From NCBI GenBank assembly GCA_001600695.1, contig BCKQ01000001.1:734432-798431 (forward strand): DNA of 64,000 nt, written 5' to 3'. Both the position numbers and the translations under genes were made by a program. A model generated the notes under the pieces. That model worked only from the letters and a program-made list of their open reading frames with translations, searched no databases and was not told the DNA's origin. This document shows, in pieces, positions 40,539 to 50,938 of this stretch (positions are counted from its first letter, which is position 1; each line of letters opens with the position of its first letter). Origin of the DNA: Ascoidea asiatica JCM 7603 (Eukaryota; Fungi; Ascomycota).

Positions 40539-43499
40539 ATGTCTTTAATAATGAAGCTTCATACTCCTCCTCTTAATCCAGATCGTTCAAAATGGGCACA
40601 AGAAATAACTGTTAAAGAATCTTATAAAAATCCAATAAACGATTTCAATATACCTCAGGAAAATGATAATCAAAATGATAATGATAATCAAAATAACAAT
40701 AATAATAATAATAATAATAAAATAAATCAAACTACAATACTAGATTCAATAAACTCAATAAATTCTTCTTCAAATACTATAATACCTTTATCTTCTCAAG
40801 ATTCAAACTCTTCAATATCTGAATTATCTTCAACTTCTACTTCTATTTCAATCTCAAATCCAATTTCAAATTCTCCAAAAACTCCAACTTCAACTTTAAA
40901 ATCAATTCCAATTTTAACTCAATCATCATCATCATCTTCTTCTTCTTCAACTCCAAATTCAACTACAACTATAACTTCAACTTCCATTTCAAATCCACTT
41001 TCTATTCCAATAGCTTCTTCATCTACTACATCATCATTATTATCTTCATCTTCTTCTTCCTCATTATCTTATATGTCATCTTCAAATTCAAAATTAAAAA
41101 ATGATCCATATTCTATACTTAATTTATCAGTAAAATCAAAATTACCAACTCCTTTACAAAAAATTACAGATAATTTTTTGAATTCTTTACAAAAACCAAA
41201 ATATTCTCATCCTTTATCAATGAATCAAGTTTCAATATTATTTCAAAATTTTTATATAAAATTTAATAAAATTTCAATCAATTATACTCAAAAAAATTCA
41301 AAAAATCCAAATATTATTAAAAAATTTAATAAATTTGATAAAAAAAAATTATTATATTATAATGAATTAAATGAATTAAAAATAACTTCAAATGTATTCT
41401 CAAAAATCTTTTATCAAAAAAATTCTTCATCAAATTCTTCTTCTTCTAAAAAAAATTCTTATTTTTCAAATAATTATTCTGATGATTATTTAAATCAATG
41501 TAATTTAAATAAAAAAATTTATCTTTTAAAATTATTAGATATTAATTTAATTAATTTAGATTTAGACCCTTTATTAATTAAAAAATTTAATTCAACTTCC
41601 AATAATTTCTTAGTAAATTTAAATAAAATTCAAAATCAATTCAATTTAATCAATGATTTGATTTCTCCTTTAAATAAATTAAATCAATTAATTCAATTTC
41701 ATAAACATTTAATCAATCTTATAAATACTTTTATCAATAATAATAATCATAACAATAATAATAATGATAATGAAAATGATAAAGATGATTCAATAATAAC
41801 TATGGATATTTTATTACCTTTACTTATATTTACAATAATTCAAAAAAATTTAAATAATTTATTATTAAATTTCTTATATATTAAAAGATTTAGAAATAAA
41901 TCTCATTGGAATAAAAATGGTCAAGATTTATATATTTTAACAAATATTGAAGCTGCTTTATTATTTTTAAATAATATCACTACAAAAGATTTAAATATTT
42001 CTGATGATTTAATAATTGAAAAAATCAATTATCATAATAATTTAATTAAAGAATTAAATTTATCTCCAATTAATAGTAGAAGTAATAATAATGGCGATGA
42101 AAATGATGATGTTGATAGTAATAATTTCGATTTACATTTATTTGATAAAGATGAAGTTATTGAATTTTTATCAAAACCTTTGAATATTAAATTAGATGTT
42201 GAAGATGATTCTTTCATAATAAATGATGAAGATTCTTTCAATGATTTATCATTCAATGATATCAATGATTCAAATAGTATAAATAATAACAATAATATCA
42301 ATGGTAGTAGTAATAATAATCTTAATGATATACAAAAACATAGAAGAAAAAAATCAAATTCAATTTCCTTTTTATCAAGTATTAATGAAAATTTAAAAGC
42401 TAATTCAAATTCGAATTCTAGTTCAAATCAAAAATTAAATTCAAATAATCCACCAATTCTGAGAAATTTTTCATTAACTCTACCTTCTGAATTTTCAACT
42501 GTAATAGATAATTCAATAAAAATTTTCAATAAATTTTCAAATAACAATAATTATATCAATAATAATAGATCAATAAGTTTAGGACAACCATTAGAAACTT
42601 TATCATCATCAACTACCACAACTGCATCCGCAACCACTATAATAAGTAATGATGATACAATCTCCAATCGTTCAAATAATTCTTCTGATTTTGATGCAGC
42701 TCAATCTCAACATAGTAATACAAGTGTTAGCAGTGGAAAATCAATTGATGATATTAATCATTTAAATCCTAATGGTGGTCCATTAAATAGATTAATGAGA
42801 TGGAGAGCACTTTCTGCAACAAGTTCTTCTTCATTACCAACTTTAGCTAATCTGAATATATCTAACGGTACCAGTAATAATATTAATAATGGTAATAATA
42901 ATATCAGTATTGATATAAATACTGTTTCACCTAATAGATCAAGATCTGGATCAATTCAAAATCATATACCTAATCCAATATCTCCAAATATTTTTGGTAC
43001 TATCAAAAGATCTTTTTCAAACTCTAATATTAATGCTAATAATTCCAATAATAATTCCAATAATAATAACATTAATAATAATAATTCTAATAATAACTCA
43101 AGTAATCTTACTACAGAATGTTCTAATTCTAACCCTAATTCTAACGGTAATTCCATAATCAAATCTTTGTTTACTAATTTCAATGGAAATGCAAATACTA
43201 ATTCAAATTTAAATTCACGTTCAAGGACTCTAAGTAATGTTAGCAATATAAGCAATTCAATTAATGAAAATGATGAAGATGAAATTAATGAACAAGTAAA
43301 TGTGTCAAACGAAGTTACCTCATCGTCATCAAATTCATTATCTTCAGAAAAAAATAAAATTTTACTTCCAAAATCATTAATGAAATTTCAAAATAAAAAA
43401 TTTGAAAATTTAAAAATTAATGAACTCAAAGAAATTTTCAATGATTATAAAATTTTAAATAAATGGGTAGATGAAAAAAATGGATTTACACCATTCTAA
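40539..43499 (+). CDS. MUK1: VPS9-domain Rab5 GEF (Muk1-like)
   Basis: SPLNKLNQL...MDILLPLLIFTII...NFLYIKRFR...YILTNIEAALLFL (VPS9 domain). C-terminal KFENLKINELKEIFNDYK motif. No CUE domain, unlike Vps9. Confidence 0.8.
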   Translation: MSLIMKLHTPPLNPDRSKWAQEITVKESYKNPINDFNIPQENDNQNDNDNQNNNNNNNNNKINQTTILDSINSINSSSNTIIPLSSQDSNSSISELSSTSTSISISNPISNSPKTPTSTLKSIPILTQSSSSSSSSSTPNSTTTITSTSISNPLSIPIASSSTTSSLLSSSSSSSLSYMSSSNSKLKNDPYSILNLSVKSKLPTPLQKITDNFLNSLQKPKYSHPLSMNQVSILFQNFYIKFNKISINYTQKNSKNPNIIKKFNKFDKKKLLYYNELNELKITSNVFSKIFYQKNSSSNSSSSKKNSYFSNNYSDDYLNQCNLNKKIYLLKLLDINLINLDLDPLLIKKFNSTSNNFLVNLNKIQNQFNLINDLISPLNKLNQLIQFHKHLINLINTFINNNNHNNNNNDNENDKDDSIITMDILLPLLIFTIIQKNLNNLLLNFLYIKRFRNKSHWNKNGQDLYILTNIEAALLFLNNITTKDLNISDDLIIEKINYHNNLIKELNLSPINSRSNNNGDENDDVDSNNFDLHLFDKDEVIEFLSKPLNIKLDVEDDSFIINDEDSFNDLSFNDINDSNSINNNNNINGSSNNNLNDIQKHRRKKSNSISFLSSINENLKANSNSNSSSNQKLNSNNPPILRNFSLTLPSEFSTVIDNSIKIFNKFSNNNNYINNNRSISLGQPLETLSSSTTTTASATTIISNDDTISNRSNNSSDFDAAQSQHSNTSVSSGKSIDDINHLNPNGGPLNRLMRWRALSATSSSSLPTLANLNISNGTSNNINNGNNNISIDINTVSPNRSRSGSIQNHIPNPISPNIFGTIKRSFSNSNINANNSNNNSNNNNINNNNSNNNSSNLTTECSNSNPNSNGNSIIKSLFTNFNGNANTNSNLNSRSRTLSNVSNISNSINENDEDEINEQVNVSNEVTSSSSNSLSSEKNKILLPKSLMKFQNKKFENLKINELKEIFNDYKILNKWVDEKNGFTPF

Positions 43500-44168
43500 T
43501 AGACTAGGCATTTTATTTCAAATATTTTTCATCGTTTTCAATTTTTTTTAATGCTTTTTTTTTTCTATCTTTTTGGCTCTCATTCCCAATTATTTTTTAC
43601 AGTCAAGAAAATTACATTATCTTTGCAATCAATTTTTATATGATCTCTGTAATGACTAAACTTTTTTATCTATTTCAATTTTTCTACTGTTCTTTTTTTA
43701 TCTTTTATTTTTTATTTTAAGCTTTTCAGTTTTTTTTTATCTCAACTTAACTTACACTTAAATTATTTTTTTGGCTTACAGCTTTATAGGATATGGTTAA
43801 AACAATCAAAATGCATTGCTTTCTTTCTGGATCGTTCATCAATTAGTCATTCATTTAATCGCTCATAGATTATTCATTCACTCATTCATTATTCTGTTCA
43901 TGCACTCATTCTTTTTTTTTACTTCATCCATCATATACTCGATCACACAAGTTACTCTGTTTGACCACTTGGGCTGGATATCATTGTATTTTCCTTTATA
44001 ACTTTAACTTCTCATTTCAGGTTTGGTACTAGATTCTATTCCATACTTTTACTTTTCATAAATTTCAACTGTTTGTTCTTTTTCAATCCTGTTGTAATTG
44101 TAATTGTAGTTGTAGTTCTGATTATTGTCTTTATGGTTGGCCTTACAGATAATCTCAATATGTAAATA

Positions 44169-44376
44169 TTAGGGCATATTCTATGAATTACACGGACATT
44201 CCGCCCTAGCCTGGGACAAAAAAACCTGCTGGCCGGGTAACAAAATTTTAATACAACGCATTCCAACGCTGTTCAGCATCTTTATACATCTTCTCGCATG
44301 TAACCCAGACAACTTCCATTTTTGGAGTCTTAGTCACGTGTGTTACCCTTCTTTTTCTTCTCGTTGAAATTTTTTC
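44169..44376. promoter_or_regulatory. TMA19 promoter island: Tbf1-like, Reb1, Cbf1 and RRPE-like sites
   Basis: TTAGGGC 44169, CCGGGTAA 44233-44240, GTCACGTG 44333-44340, TGAAATTTTTTC ~44365. Confidence 0.6.
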
Positions 44377-44534
44377 TGTTTTTGCTGTGTTGAATTCAGT
44401 CCCCAAATTCCAACAAGCTCTATTTAAAAGCACCAATGCTTCATATACTTTTTTCAATACATTTTTTTTTTTATTTTGTTAGCTGTAATCTTTATTGAAT
44501 AAATAATTATAATTAAAAAGTACACCTCTTCAAA

Positions 44535-45041
44535 ATGATTATTTACAAAGATGTTATCTCAGATGATGAGCTTTTATCAGATGCTTATGAACCAAAATTA
44601 GTTGATGGAGTTATTTACGAAGTTGACTGTAATATGGTTACCATTAGACCTGGTGCTGATATTGATATTGGTGCTAATCCATCAGCTGAAAATGGTGATG
44701 AAGATTTAGAAGATGGTGCCGAAGTTGTTAATAATGTTGTTTATTCTTTTCGTTTACAGCAAACTGCTTTCACTAAAAAAGCCTTTTTAACTTATATCAA
44801 AGGTTATATGAAAGCTATTAAAGCTCATTTAGCTGAAAAAGATCCAGAAGCAATTCCAGTTTTTGAAAAAGGTGCTCAAAAATATGTTAAAAAAGTTATT
44901 TCAACTTTTAAAGATTGGGATTTTTATACTGGTGAATCAATGGATCCAGATGGAATGCTTGTTTTATTAAACTATCGTGAAGATGGTACTACTCCATATG
45001 TTGCAGTTTGGAAACATGGTGTAACTGAAGAAAAAATTTAA
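44535..45041 (+). CDS. TMA19: Translationally controlled tumour protein homolog
   Basis: MIIYKDVISDDELLSD, IGANPSAE, YIKGYMK, FYTGESMDPDGM, YREDGTTP. Confidence 0.99.
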   Translation: MIIYKDVISDDELLSDAYEPKLVDGVIYEVDCNMVTIRPGADIDIGANPSAENGDEDLEDGAEVVNNVVYSFRLQQTAFTKKAFLTYIKGYMKAIKAHLAEKDPEAIPVFEKGAQKYVKKVISTFKDWDFYTGESMDPDGMLVLLNYREDGTTPYVAVWKHGVTEEKI

Positions 45042-45111
45042 TTTTATCTAATTTTATTTAATTTTAATATAAACATATTACTACACTTAATAATACATTA
45101 TAATTTTTTAA

Positions 45112-46575
45112 TTAATTTGTAATTATCAAACAAACATCTTCTAAAGTTATAGATTTATCAATATATCTAAACATTTCAACTTTATAACCACTTTTAATCA
45201 TTGCATATTTTCTACTTTCATCAATAATTCTTCGTGCTTTTTCACCAATAATTTCTCTTTGTAAAATACTTAAACCACTAATATGATTATTAATATCATC
45301 ATCATTCATATTTTTTCTTCTACCACAAGTTGACCATGAAACTAATTTACATAAAATTTTAAAATTATACTCATTAATACCTAAATTTCTTAAATATTCT
45401 TTTGATTCAATTAATAAGTTTGAAAATTCACAACAATGTCTACAACACATTGCAATAAATATTCCTTGAAATGAATTTTTAAAATTATTATCTTTTAATA
45501 TACATCTTAATGTTAAATCTGTTGCTGCTCCACATAAATGTTTAGAAATTCCAATAAATTTTTTATCCTTTTGAAATCCATTATTATTGTTATTATTATC
45601 TTGAGTATGAAAATCTATAGCTTCTTTTAAATTCAAATCTTTTATATCAATTTTTATTCTTTTTACAAAAGGTTCTTTAATTTCAGTAATAAATTTTTCT
45701 TGAATTACATCATTGAAATCTTTAATTATTTTAGTATCCATTTTCATTCTTACTGAACTTCTATCAATTAAAAGAAAATTACTTCTTTTTGAAAAATTAT
45801 TATCAATAATACATTTCGATAAATATCTTGATAATTCTGCTCTACCACAACCAAATTCAATATAATTAAAATCATTCAAATCAAGGTCCTTGTTATTACT
45901 CATACTAATAATATTCGATAGTAGGTTGGCAATGATTGAAGATTGTTGAATAATATGTTTTTGTTGTTTCAATTCGTTTAATCTTAATTGTATTGAATTT
46001 GAATTGAATTCTTTAATAATTTTTTTTAATGGAAATTTTTTATAATTTTTATCATAGATTTTTTCAATAATTGAAATTATTTCAGTATATTTATCTTTTG
46101 TCATTTCAATCTTTTCATTATTATGATTTGCGTTTTCGTTATTGATATTATTATTATTAATCAAGTTATAATTTTCAGAAAACCAAGAATCTTTTGAAAT
46201 TTTTAATTCTTTAACTTTATTACATTTCTTCAAATGTTTATTTAAATCTTTTTTATATATTGAATGATTTGGATCAAGTGGGCATAAAATTCTATCTAAA
46301 TTCTCATTTTCATTTCCTTTTTCATTTTCATTTATATTCAATTTTAAATTTTCATTGAAATGTTGAGAACAAAATTTATAATTTTCTTTTCTTGTCATAC
46401 AACATTTTCTTTTTTTTCTTTCAATATAAAATTCACATTGCAATCTATTCAAGTCTTTAACTTTTTTATCTTTCTTGTTTTTTTTATCCTTCTTATCTTT
46501 CTTTATTGGATTTTCATTTATTTGATCAGATATTGAAACAATTCTTTTGAGGTTATGTAAATCAACTTCTGACAT
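45112..46575 (-). CDS. TRM13: tRNA position-4 2'-O-methyltransferase
   Basis: CCCH finger (CEFY...CCM...CSQH), CPLDPNH...HLKKC, EFGCGRAEL, KHLCGAATDLTL, AMCCRHCC. Confidence 0.96.
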   Translation of the reverse strand: MSEVDLHNLKRIVSISDQINENPIKKDKKDKKNKKDKKVKDLNRLQCEFYIERKKRKCCMTRKENYKFCSQHFNENLKLNINENEKGNENENLDRILCPLDPNHSIYKKDLNKHLKKCNKVKELKISKDSWFSENYNLINNNNINNENANHNNEKIEMTKDKYTEIISIIEKIYDKNYKKFPLKKIIKEFNSNSIQLRLNELKQQKHIIQQSSIIANLLSNIISMSNNKDLDLNDFNYIEFGCGRAELSRYLSKCIIDNNFSKRSNFLLIDRSSVRMKMDTKIIKDFNDVIQEKFITEIKEPFVKRIKIDIKDLNLKEAIDFHTQDNNNNNNGFQKDKKFIGISKHLCGAATDLTLRCILKDNNFKNSFQGIFIAMCCRHCCEFSNLLIESKEYLRNLGINEYNFKILCKLVSWSTCGRRKNMNDDDINNHISGLSILQREIIGEKARRIIDESRKYAMIKSGYKVEMFRYIDKSITLEDVCLIITN

Positions 46576-46814
46576 TTTTATGAATTATTTTTGATTGAAA
46601 GTGAAAATATTATTTTTTTTTATATTTATTTTTCACACCGCTTTCCTAAGTACTATTGAATTAGTATGTGATTTTGTTAAATAACGTAAAGTGTGGTAAA
46701 TTTTTATATACAGAATTGAAGCTAGAATAAAATATACAGTAAAAATTGAATTAAAACTATATAAATATGTGTATAAATGAGTATATAAATAAATGAGTTT
46801 GATAATAAGTAGTT

Positions 46815-47753
46815 TTATTTTGATTTAATTTTAGATATGAATTTTTTTTTCTTTAAAGATTCTTTTCTTCTATTATCTTTTCTTTCACTTTTTGATAAAT
46901 ATCTAAATTTTTTCTTTTTTTTCTTTATTTTATCAAAACTATTTTTTTTATTATTATTTGATGAACTTTCATTATATTCATTGAATTGTTCAGGATCAGA
47001 ACTTTTAATTAAATTTGCATATTTTTTTGCTTTAATTATTGATAAATTTAAAATTTTTTCTGATTTTTTTAAATCAACATAATTAGCATCAGCTTTTAAT
47101 TCAAATTCATCTTTGGAAATTAATGGTTCTATTGTTACTGTTGTTTCAAAAGTATTTAAAATTGGATTATTTGATGAATGAAATTTAACAGTTTTTCTCT
47201 TTAATATTGGTTTTGGTTTTGTATTTAAATCATTAGATTGGTCATTACTGTTAATTGAATCGAACCCATTCCATTCTTCTTCTTCTTCTTCTACGTTTTC
47301 GTCTTCCTCTACTAGTTCATTGTCATTTATGTCTGAATCACTATTTGAAGACTGTATTGAATTTGATTTTTCATTTGGTTTCAATTCATTTTCACTATCA
47401 CTTTCGTTATCATTGTCATTATCATCATCACTATTACTTTCGTTATCACTATCATTGGTGGTTGTAATACCCATAAGTTTATTATAATTATCTAATTGAA
47501 TTTTTAAATTTTTTTTTCTTTCTTCTCTAATTTCTTTTCTTTCTTGTAATTTTGATAATCTATCTTGTTCTTTATTAAAAACTTCAGCTTTTTTTCTTCT
47601 TTCTAATTTTCTTTTATGAAAACCAGTTAGATATTCTTTTCTATCATCTTTATTAAAAGAAATTTCTTCAACTCTTTTTTCTTTTTTAAAATTTTTTTTT
47701 CTTTGAATATATTTTGAACCTTTTGTCAATAATTCTTTATTACTTGGTGGCAT
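46815..47753 (-). CDS. RRP17: Nucleolar rRNA processing protein Rrp17 (Nop25)
   Basis: VEEISFNKDDRKEYLTGFHKRKLERRKKA and KKKKFRYLSKSERK. True start is likely the ATG at 47753 (MPPSNKELLT), not the TTG at 47774. Confidence 0.95.
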   Translation of the reverse strand: MPPSNKELLTKGSKYIQRKKNFKKEKRVEEISFNKDDRKEYLTGFHKRKLERRKKAEVFNKEQDRLSKLQERKEIREERKKNLKIQLDNYNKLMGITTTNDSDNESNSDDDNDNDNESDSENELKPNEKSNSIQSSNSDSDINDNELVEEDENVEEEEEEWNGFDSINSNDQSNDLNTKPKPILKRKTVKFHSSNNPILNTFETTVTIEPLISKDEFELKADANYVDLKKSEKILNLSIIKAKKYANLIKSSDPEQFNEYNESSSNNNKKNSFDKIKKKKKKFRYLSKSERKDNRRKESLKKKKFISKIKSK

Positions 47754-48142
47754 GATTATTAAATAAATAGACAATTCAGTCTATTATTTTTAAAATTGAT
47801 AATTATATAATCATATAAATCTGAGGTAAATAAACAAATAAAATTTATGAAATATTTGAAATATTTCACAACTTAAAAAAAAAAACATAAAAAAATAAAC
47901 TTTATTTCAAACCAAAAAGGAATTCCGGAAAACAGGTCACATGAGACTGCCCTCGGTGCTTTTGTTTTTATTTACAAATTGTCTACAATAAACTAAAACG
48001 CTTTAATAAAAAAAAGATTTATTTAAAGGCTTTGATTTCTAAACTTCAGATAAATTTGTTTTTAAAAGATCATAGTTTTTGTATATATAAAAACTATCAA
48101 TATCCTTACATCTTAGTGTATCATGTAGACCTTGAAATTGAA

Positions 48143-49077
48143 TTATTTTTTTTTTTTTTTGTTAGCTTTTAAAAGCTTAATTAATAAATTTTTAATTTCT
48201 TCATCATCTAAAATTATATAATTTTTTGAATTAACCCATCCAAAAGTATCGTGATCGTACATCCAATATAAGTAAAGACCATCTTCTATATAGAAAATCA
48301 GATTTTGTAGCTAATTATAGGAACAATCTTAACATTTTGAAAATAATTTCATTGGTTAGTAAGTTTAATGTTAAATTAATTTTAAATATAACAAATTGAT
48401 AAAAAACTGATAAAAAAAAACATGACATACCATAGCAGGCCAAGGAGTATACCCTTTAATTGTTACATATACTCTAGTACCGATAGGTAAATCATAATTT
48501 GAATTATATCAATAATTCAATTTTCTATTCTTGAAATCTTCAATATTTTGATTGATCTTTGAAATTGAGAGAATTTTATTTTCATAATTGTCATTTTTAT
48601 GTTTTATACCATTTTCATTTGATTCTTTATCATTATTTGATTCTTTATCATTATCTGTAGTTTGCTTATTCGAACTTGAACTTGAACTTGCACTTGAGTT
48701 TGAATTTGAATTTGAATTTGAATTTGAAATTTTTTGATTTTTGATTATTGTGTTCATAGAATTAGTAATGGTTTTAATTTGATCTTTTAAATTATTACAA
48801 TCCTCTGTGATCAAGTCTAATTTTTGATCAATATTTTTGAATTGATCTACAATATAATTAATAGTATCTTTATTATCAATTTGTTTTGAATTTGAATTGT
48901 TATTTGCTTCAATTTTCTTTATAACCTTACGAATAAGTGATTTCTGTTTTCTTTCTTTTCTTTCTTTTTTTTTCCTTTTAAGAGTTTTTAATTCTACCAA
49001 ACTTTCATTTGATGGTTTTTCTTCTTCAACTATTGATTTTAGATTTAAATTAGATATATATATATATCAGATGGCAT
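48143..49077 (-). pseudogene. Disrupted intron-containing PWWP-domain gene
   Basis: LPIGTRVYVTIKGYTPWPAM, then intron 48430-48311 (GTATGT, TACTAAC 48361-48355, TAG), then LQNLIFYIEDGLYLYWMYDHDTFGWV. This is in frame with ORF 48509..49000 but behind a TGA at 48511-48509. The ATG at 49077 is out of frame by one unit of an (AT)7 repeat. Confidence 0.75.
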
Positions 49078-49437
49078 TTTTATTTGAAATTTATAGTTTA
49101 ATGATAATTTGTTTTTAGACTTACAGTTAATTGATTGTTGAAATTGAGGCAAATTTTAATAATTCATCCTAAATTCATCCTCTCATTTAATATAAGGTTT
49201 AGTCAACCAAAATTCTATTTTATTATCTCCTAAAGCGAACGGTGTCAGGTACTCTCGTTATAATATGGAGGCCAACGTAGACAGCCAAGTTACATGGCTG
49301 TCAAGAACACAATTTTAAAGAATATTTGCATTATATAAGTTGGAATAACAAAGAATATAACTTAAATATACTATGAAGTGATAAAGTAGAAAATAAACTA
49401 AATTGAATTGATAAATAAAGATTCATCAGAAAATTCA

Positions 49438-50273
49438 TCAAAGTTCTTTATGTTCTTTCATTTTCAATTCTTTTAATTTCATATCCTGTTGCAACTCTTG
49501 ATTCCTTCTTGACATTTGCCCAGCTACTTGTGACAAAAGCCCATAACAAGTTGAACCAAGATAAGAAGCAATGCCAAAAACAGGAGAAAAAACAGTTCCT
49601 TGGACCACTTCCACAGGCTCTCCTTTCAATCTCTTGGTTCCAACTTCCTGGAGATGTTTTTCCACCATCAATACGTTTCGCGAGTTGGCTCTGAAGCCCA
49701 CGTCGATCATGTCACCCACCAAAGGCACTAGGCCAATGGCAAAGTCTGCAGCAATGTTCCACAAAAACCACAGCTGCACTTTGTACGGCAAGCCATGCTC
49801 CAGCCTCACTGCCTGCCGGAAGAGCATCAACGACAGCACGACGTTCAACAAATCACCCACGAGAGGCACAAGCCCCACAATACTGGCCCAGCCCACTCTC
49901 CATCCACAGAACGTGAACATTAAATCAAGGCGGTGAGCTCGTCTTTTCATCTTCTTTAGAATTGCTGCATCAGCCTCAGAGATGCCCTGTGGCGGAGGTC
50001 GAAGACGTTTCTTTCTTTTGCCAGCAGCAGCAACGGCAGAGCCACCACCAGCAATTCCAGTTCCAGTACCAACCTCATACTCTTCATAATATGGGTCTTC
50101 GGTTCCAAACTTGTTCAAACTGGTCTCCTTGAATATCTTTTCATAATGATAATAGTGATAGTAATTATAACAATTATGTTAGTGTCATATTAAGTATCGA
50201 GAGAAATAATCATAGAGGAAATACATACTTTATTGGTAATCTTATTGGTAATAAACTTGAGTAAAAATGACAT
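49438..50273 (-). CDS. DUF4112 membrane protein, two exons 50273-50229 and 50136-49438, ~247 aa
   Basis: RRAHRLD...RVGWASIVGLVPLVGD...NIAADFAIGLVPLVGDMIDVGFRANSRN. Intron 50228-50137: GTATGT, CACTAAC (50184-50178), AAG acceptor, joining MSFLLKFITNKITNK to IFKETSLNKFGTEDPYY. Confidence 0.88.
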
Positions 50274-50938
50274 TTTTATTGTATATTGAAATAAAACTAT
50301 TAATTGATTATGCTAGTTATATTAATGTTAAGCAATAATAAAGTAATTGATTATACAATATATTAATTCCACTTAATAATAAATAACCAATAAATAAATA
50401 GAGAATAAAAGATGTGAAAAACAGCAAGATTCACATCCCCTTTTATATTCTATTCTTTTACATATTCAATTCATAGTAACTTTATACATTTCTATTTGCT
50501 TTTCTGATTAAATCTAATATCTGATATTTAATAGTCAAATCTGATTTGAGCAATCGAAGCAATTTATTTATTTCTTAACCTTATTTCTTAACCATTGCAA
50601 GCACTCCGCTTTATTGCTAATTTTATTGCTAATGCTAATGCTAATGCTAATATCAATCCTAATATTAATAGTAATCCTAAATTAATGCCAAAGTCACCTG
50701 ACCTCAATACTTTGATAAGATGAGCTAATGCTATTTTAGTACTAAAATTAATAAATACTAAAATACTAAAATACAAACAAATCTACAATATGACAATTTT
50801 TTAACTAATTAAACTGTAATTTATGATTTATTATAAATGAATATCAAAAGATAAGATACAAAATATAAATGATATAAGATATGATATAAAAAAATATATG
50901 ATAAGATATAAGAAAGTAATTGAATATATTTTTTATAT

